From NCBI GenBank assembly GCA_963677485.1, contig OY781964.1:5156041-5220040 (forward strand): a stretch of 64,000 nt of DNA. Direction: 5' to 3'. This document shows, in pieces, positions 61,375 through 64,000 of this stretch. Under the pieces are notes generated by a model, which saw only the letters and a list, made by a program, of their open reading frames with translations, was not told the origin of the DNA and made no database searches. Source of the DNA: Armatimonadota bacterium. Lineage in GTDB: Bacteria > Armatimonadota > HRBIN16. Positions within the stretch are counted from its first letter, which is position 1. The number at the start of each line of letters is the position of its first letter. Made by a program: the position numbers and the translations under genes.

Positions 61375-61839
61375 ATGAGTTGGATGGGGATACCGATGCC
61401 CGGCGATGGCTATGCCTCCGCCGCGAGACAAGAACAACAGTCCAATCTGTCTGACATGAAAAGCCAGATCGGTCAACTATTAAATCAACAGAGCAATCCG
61501 CTTGCCGTTGGCGCTAGGGCACGTGATGAAGCATTGCTGCCTGGTTTAGCCATCGCTGACCAGTATTCAAGTGCTCATTCAAATACTGTTGGAGTACGGG
61601 ATATTATGCGTGCGCGTGCGTATTCTGCCGGATCGTCAGCTTATAACACAGCGTACCAGCAAGCACTGGCCGCTAATGTCCAGACAAGGATGGGGGCCAT
61701 CAATGGATACAGCAACTTAGCCAATATGCAGGGACAACTTGCTCAAGGATATGAAGCTCAGAGTGCTCAAGCCGCCGGAGCTTTAAGTCAGCTGCTCGGT
61801 TATGGTTTGTCGTTCATACCTAACAAGAATAAGGCTTAA
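61375..61839 (+). CDS. Probable internal virion/DNA-ejection protein
   Basis: A/Q/G/N-rich helical protein after the tail genes. Confidence 0.5.
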   Translation: MSWMGIPMPGDGYASAARQEQQSNLSDMKSQIGQLLNQQSNPLAVGARARDEALLPGLAIADQYSSAHSNTVGVRDIMRARAYSAGSSAYNTAYQQALAANVQTRMGAINGYSNLANMQGQLAQGYEAQSAQAAGALSQLLGYGLSFIPNKNKA

Positions 61840-61870
61840 CTATGTCAAATCCACTTAACCCACTCCCTAA

Positions 61871-63526
61871 GGCGGCTTAGCCGCAACCAAAAAAGGAATG
61901 ATTGCATTCGCCACGTAATATACATTCAAACACCCTTTCGTGAGGTTGCCCAGAATGACATCACTTCAAGAACGCTATGCAAAGCAGATAGCTGGGGTAT
62001 ATTCATGCTTCGACCGCATAGTTATCACCGGTACAATCCCAGGCTGGTGTCATAGCGACGGAATGGGCATCTATCTTCATCAACGCAACATCAGGCTATT
62101 TGACTTTCCTAAGGAATTTGCCGAACCTCTACGAGATGAGATCAAAGCCAATGCGGAACGCCTTGCCGTTACCAACAGCATTGAAATTGAGTATATACGC
62201 CGTGCCTCTTCATTTCGAAAAGAAGACCGCATCAAAGAGATCATTAGTAGTCGAGGGTGTCACCCCGGTCTCGTCCACATATTCTCAGTGTTGGAAAAAT
62301 GTCCTGCATACACCCCGTGGCACGACAAGATTACCCACAAAACCCGGCTGAATATCAAGGAGACCAAGTGTCTTCATTACTACTTCTATTTCATCGATGC
62401 AGAGTTTGGACTGTGCTATCTACGAGTTCCGACCTGGGTGCCCTTCCGTCTGCAATTCTATTGTAATGGACACAATTATCTCGCGCATTGCCTTCAATCC
62501 GAGGGAGTAGTTTTCACTCCACTGGACAACGCCTTTGTAAAAATCGACGACTTTAGCTGTGCTCAGAGGCTGGCAGACGCTTTTCCTGCTGATAAGCTGC
62601 ACCATGCGCTGGATGCATTTGCCAGAATGTATTGCCCCGTGATACGGCTTGCTGACAATTCATATCATTGGTCGCTAATGCAGGTGGAATATGCTACAGA
62701 CATCGTGTTCAAACGCGCCGAAGACCTCAAAGCCATCTACGATAATCTAGTCAAAACAGCGATACATACGGTAACGCCAGAGTCTATCGCGATGTTTCTT
62801 GGTAAGAAACTTGATGGGCGAACACTCGCTGAGATCGGCACTGACTACAAGTTCGATCGCCGCATACAAGGCACGCGCATCAAACACTACATGGGATGGG
62901 CTTCTATCAAAATGTATGACAAGCAAGGGATAATCTTGCGTATCGAGACGACTGTGAATGACGTCTCTGAATTTAAACACTACCGTGAGGTAGAACATCA
63001 TGATGGGACGACTGAGATTAAATACGCCCCTATGCAAAAGACCATCTACAGCCTTCCTCCATTGAGGGAACTGTTATTATCTGCAAACAACAGATATCTT
63101 GACTTTCTTTCCGCCCTTGATGACAACAGCGATGGTGAACATCAGATCATCAAAATCGCGACCTCGACCACCCGTGATCATCGCTCGTATCGAGGATTCA
63201 ACCTTTTCCTCAAGAAGGATTTGGAATGTCTCATTGCACTTGCTCGCGGAGAGGGATGCATCAGCGGGATCACAAACCGTATGCTTCAAAAAGCCTTACC
63301 GCAGATGTCCAGCTCTCAGATATCATACTTCATCAAGCGATGCCGAGTATTCCGGCTCGTTAAAAAATGCGGTAAACGCTACAAATACTACCTCACTGCA
63401 CTTGGCAAGCGTATCATCATGGCAGCACTTGCTATTCGCCAGATCGTTGTGCCTAACGCTTTGTGTGGTGCGTAATATCAGAATATTCTATACACCGTGT
63501 TCAAAATATGGTTGGTAAGATACTAA
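61871..63526 (+). mobile_element. Unclassified single-ORF insertion element bounded by CTAA direct repeats
   Basis: CTAA at 61867-61870 and 63523-63526; removal restores the host ORF; left-end hairpin GCGGCTTAGCCGC; CAACCA/TGGTTG subterminal inverted motif. Confidence 0.85.
61955..63475 (+). CDS. Putative non-canonical transposase (Rep_trans-like motif, C-terminal wHTH-like region)
   Basis: Only long ORF of the element; SIKMYDKQGIILRIETTVND; LHYYFYFID; C-terminal LVKK...YKYYLTALG wing; GAGG RBS. Confidence 0.7.
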   Translation: MTSLQERYAKQIAGVYSCFDRIVITGTIPGWCHSDGMGIYLHQRNIRLFDFPKEFAEPLRDEIKANAERLAVTNSIEIEYIRRASSFRKEDRIKEIISSRGCHPGLVHIFSVLEKCPAYTPWHDKITHKTRLNIKETKCLHYYFYFIDAEFGLCYLRVPTWVPFRLQFYCNGHNYLAHCLQSEGVVFTPLDNAFVKIDDFSCAQRLADAFPADKLHHALDAFARMYCPVIRLADNSYHWSLMQVEYATDIVFKRAEDLKAIYDNLVKTAIHTVTPESIAMFLGKKLDGRTLAEIGTDYKFDRRIQGTRIKHYMGWASIKMYDKQGIILRIETTVNDVSEFKHYREVEHHDGTTEIKYAPMQKTIYSLPPLRELLLSANNRYLDFLSALDDNSDGEHQIIKIATSTTRDHRSYRGFNLFLKKDLECLIALARGEGCISGITNRMLQKALPQMSSSQISYFIKRCRVFRLVKKCGKRYKYYLTALGKRIIMAALAIRQIVVPNALCGA

Positions 63527-64000
63527 CCTACCAGGATATGATGCCTTTGGTGGATTACTTACTCCACAGCCACAAGTAGGACCTACACTTGAAAATGCCA
63601 CAACTGAAGCTGTGAACTCACTTCCTGCTGGGTCTGTGTATGCTCGTACTCAGGCTAAGGATCAAGCCAATATGGAACAGGCCGTGCCTGTAACTACTCC
63701 AGTAGTTACCTCATCAGTTAAATCAGTAACTCCTACAACTAAATCTTCAATGATGCATTTACTCCAAAGCCTATGGATGCAGTGGATGTCACTCGAATTA
63801 ATAATTTGACATCGGATATTACTACATCACAACAAGAACTGGATGGATTAAACGAAACTGAGTTAGCTAGAAAGATGATGGAAGCTAACCCACCCGGACC
63901 TAAGGTTGCGGCACCGGTGGCTCCAGCAGTTCCTGTGCTTCCTGACCTTCCTGCCAATGAAAAGCCTAGCCTACTTCAGCTCATTGGGTTAGCACTTCCT

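Larger units (their letters stand above)
52813..64000 (+). mobile_element. Defective podovirus-like prophage morphogenesis module (continues past the window)
   Basis: Co-oriented portal, scaffold, capsid, membrane protein, adaptor, tail, HNH and ejection-like genes; lower GC than the left half; IS damage. Confidence 0.8.
61842..64000 (+). pseudogene. Phage (ejection-like) gene interrupted by an insertion element and carrying a frameshift
   Basis: ATG 61842 MSNPLNPLP joins in frame to NLPGYDAFGG... at 63527; the frame shifts near 63743 and stays open to the window end. Confidence 0.75.

Overview
Bacterial chromosomal window, probably Armatimonadota-like (inferred from the DUF1559/H-X9-DG prepilin-like protein and the paired dockerin-like C-terminal modules; not verified). 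Positions 1-37 kb are mostly housekeeping and metabolic genes: an AddB-like nuclease (not in the ORF track), Ser/Thr kinase, LCP, GH5, alr, TetR-TolC-MFP-RND efflux operon, DeoR plus fused E1 dehydrogenase, PmbA/TldE, a giant repeat beta-barrel candidate, permease, ABC ATPase, rbsK, PPIase, Gfo/Idh/MocA, glmS, and a glycyl-radical enzyme with its activase. GTAG-type REP/REPIN hairpins lie between several of these genes. Positions 37-64 kb form a layered integration hotspot around tRNA-Lys(CTT): two small islets bounded by duplicated host sequence, an RloC-like ABC-ATPase/HEPN gene split by two inverted IS21 copies that inverted about 6.4 kb, and a decaying podovirus-like prophage. Two signals stand out. 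The first is a 1656-bp single-ORF insertion element with no recognisable DDE, HUH or IS110 transposase; it has a Rep_trans-like motif, sits between CTAA copies, and its removal restores a phage reading frame. The second is an approximately 280-nt non-coding leader of the major capsid gene carrying four copies of a paired GTGTTC/AAGAATCAAC motif, a candidate structured RNA.
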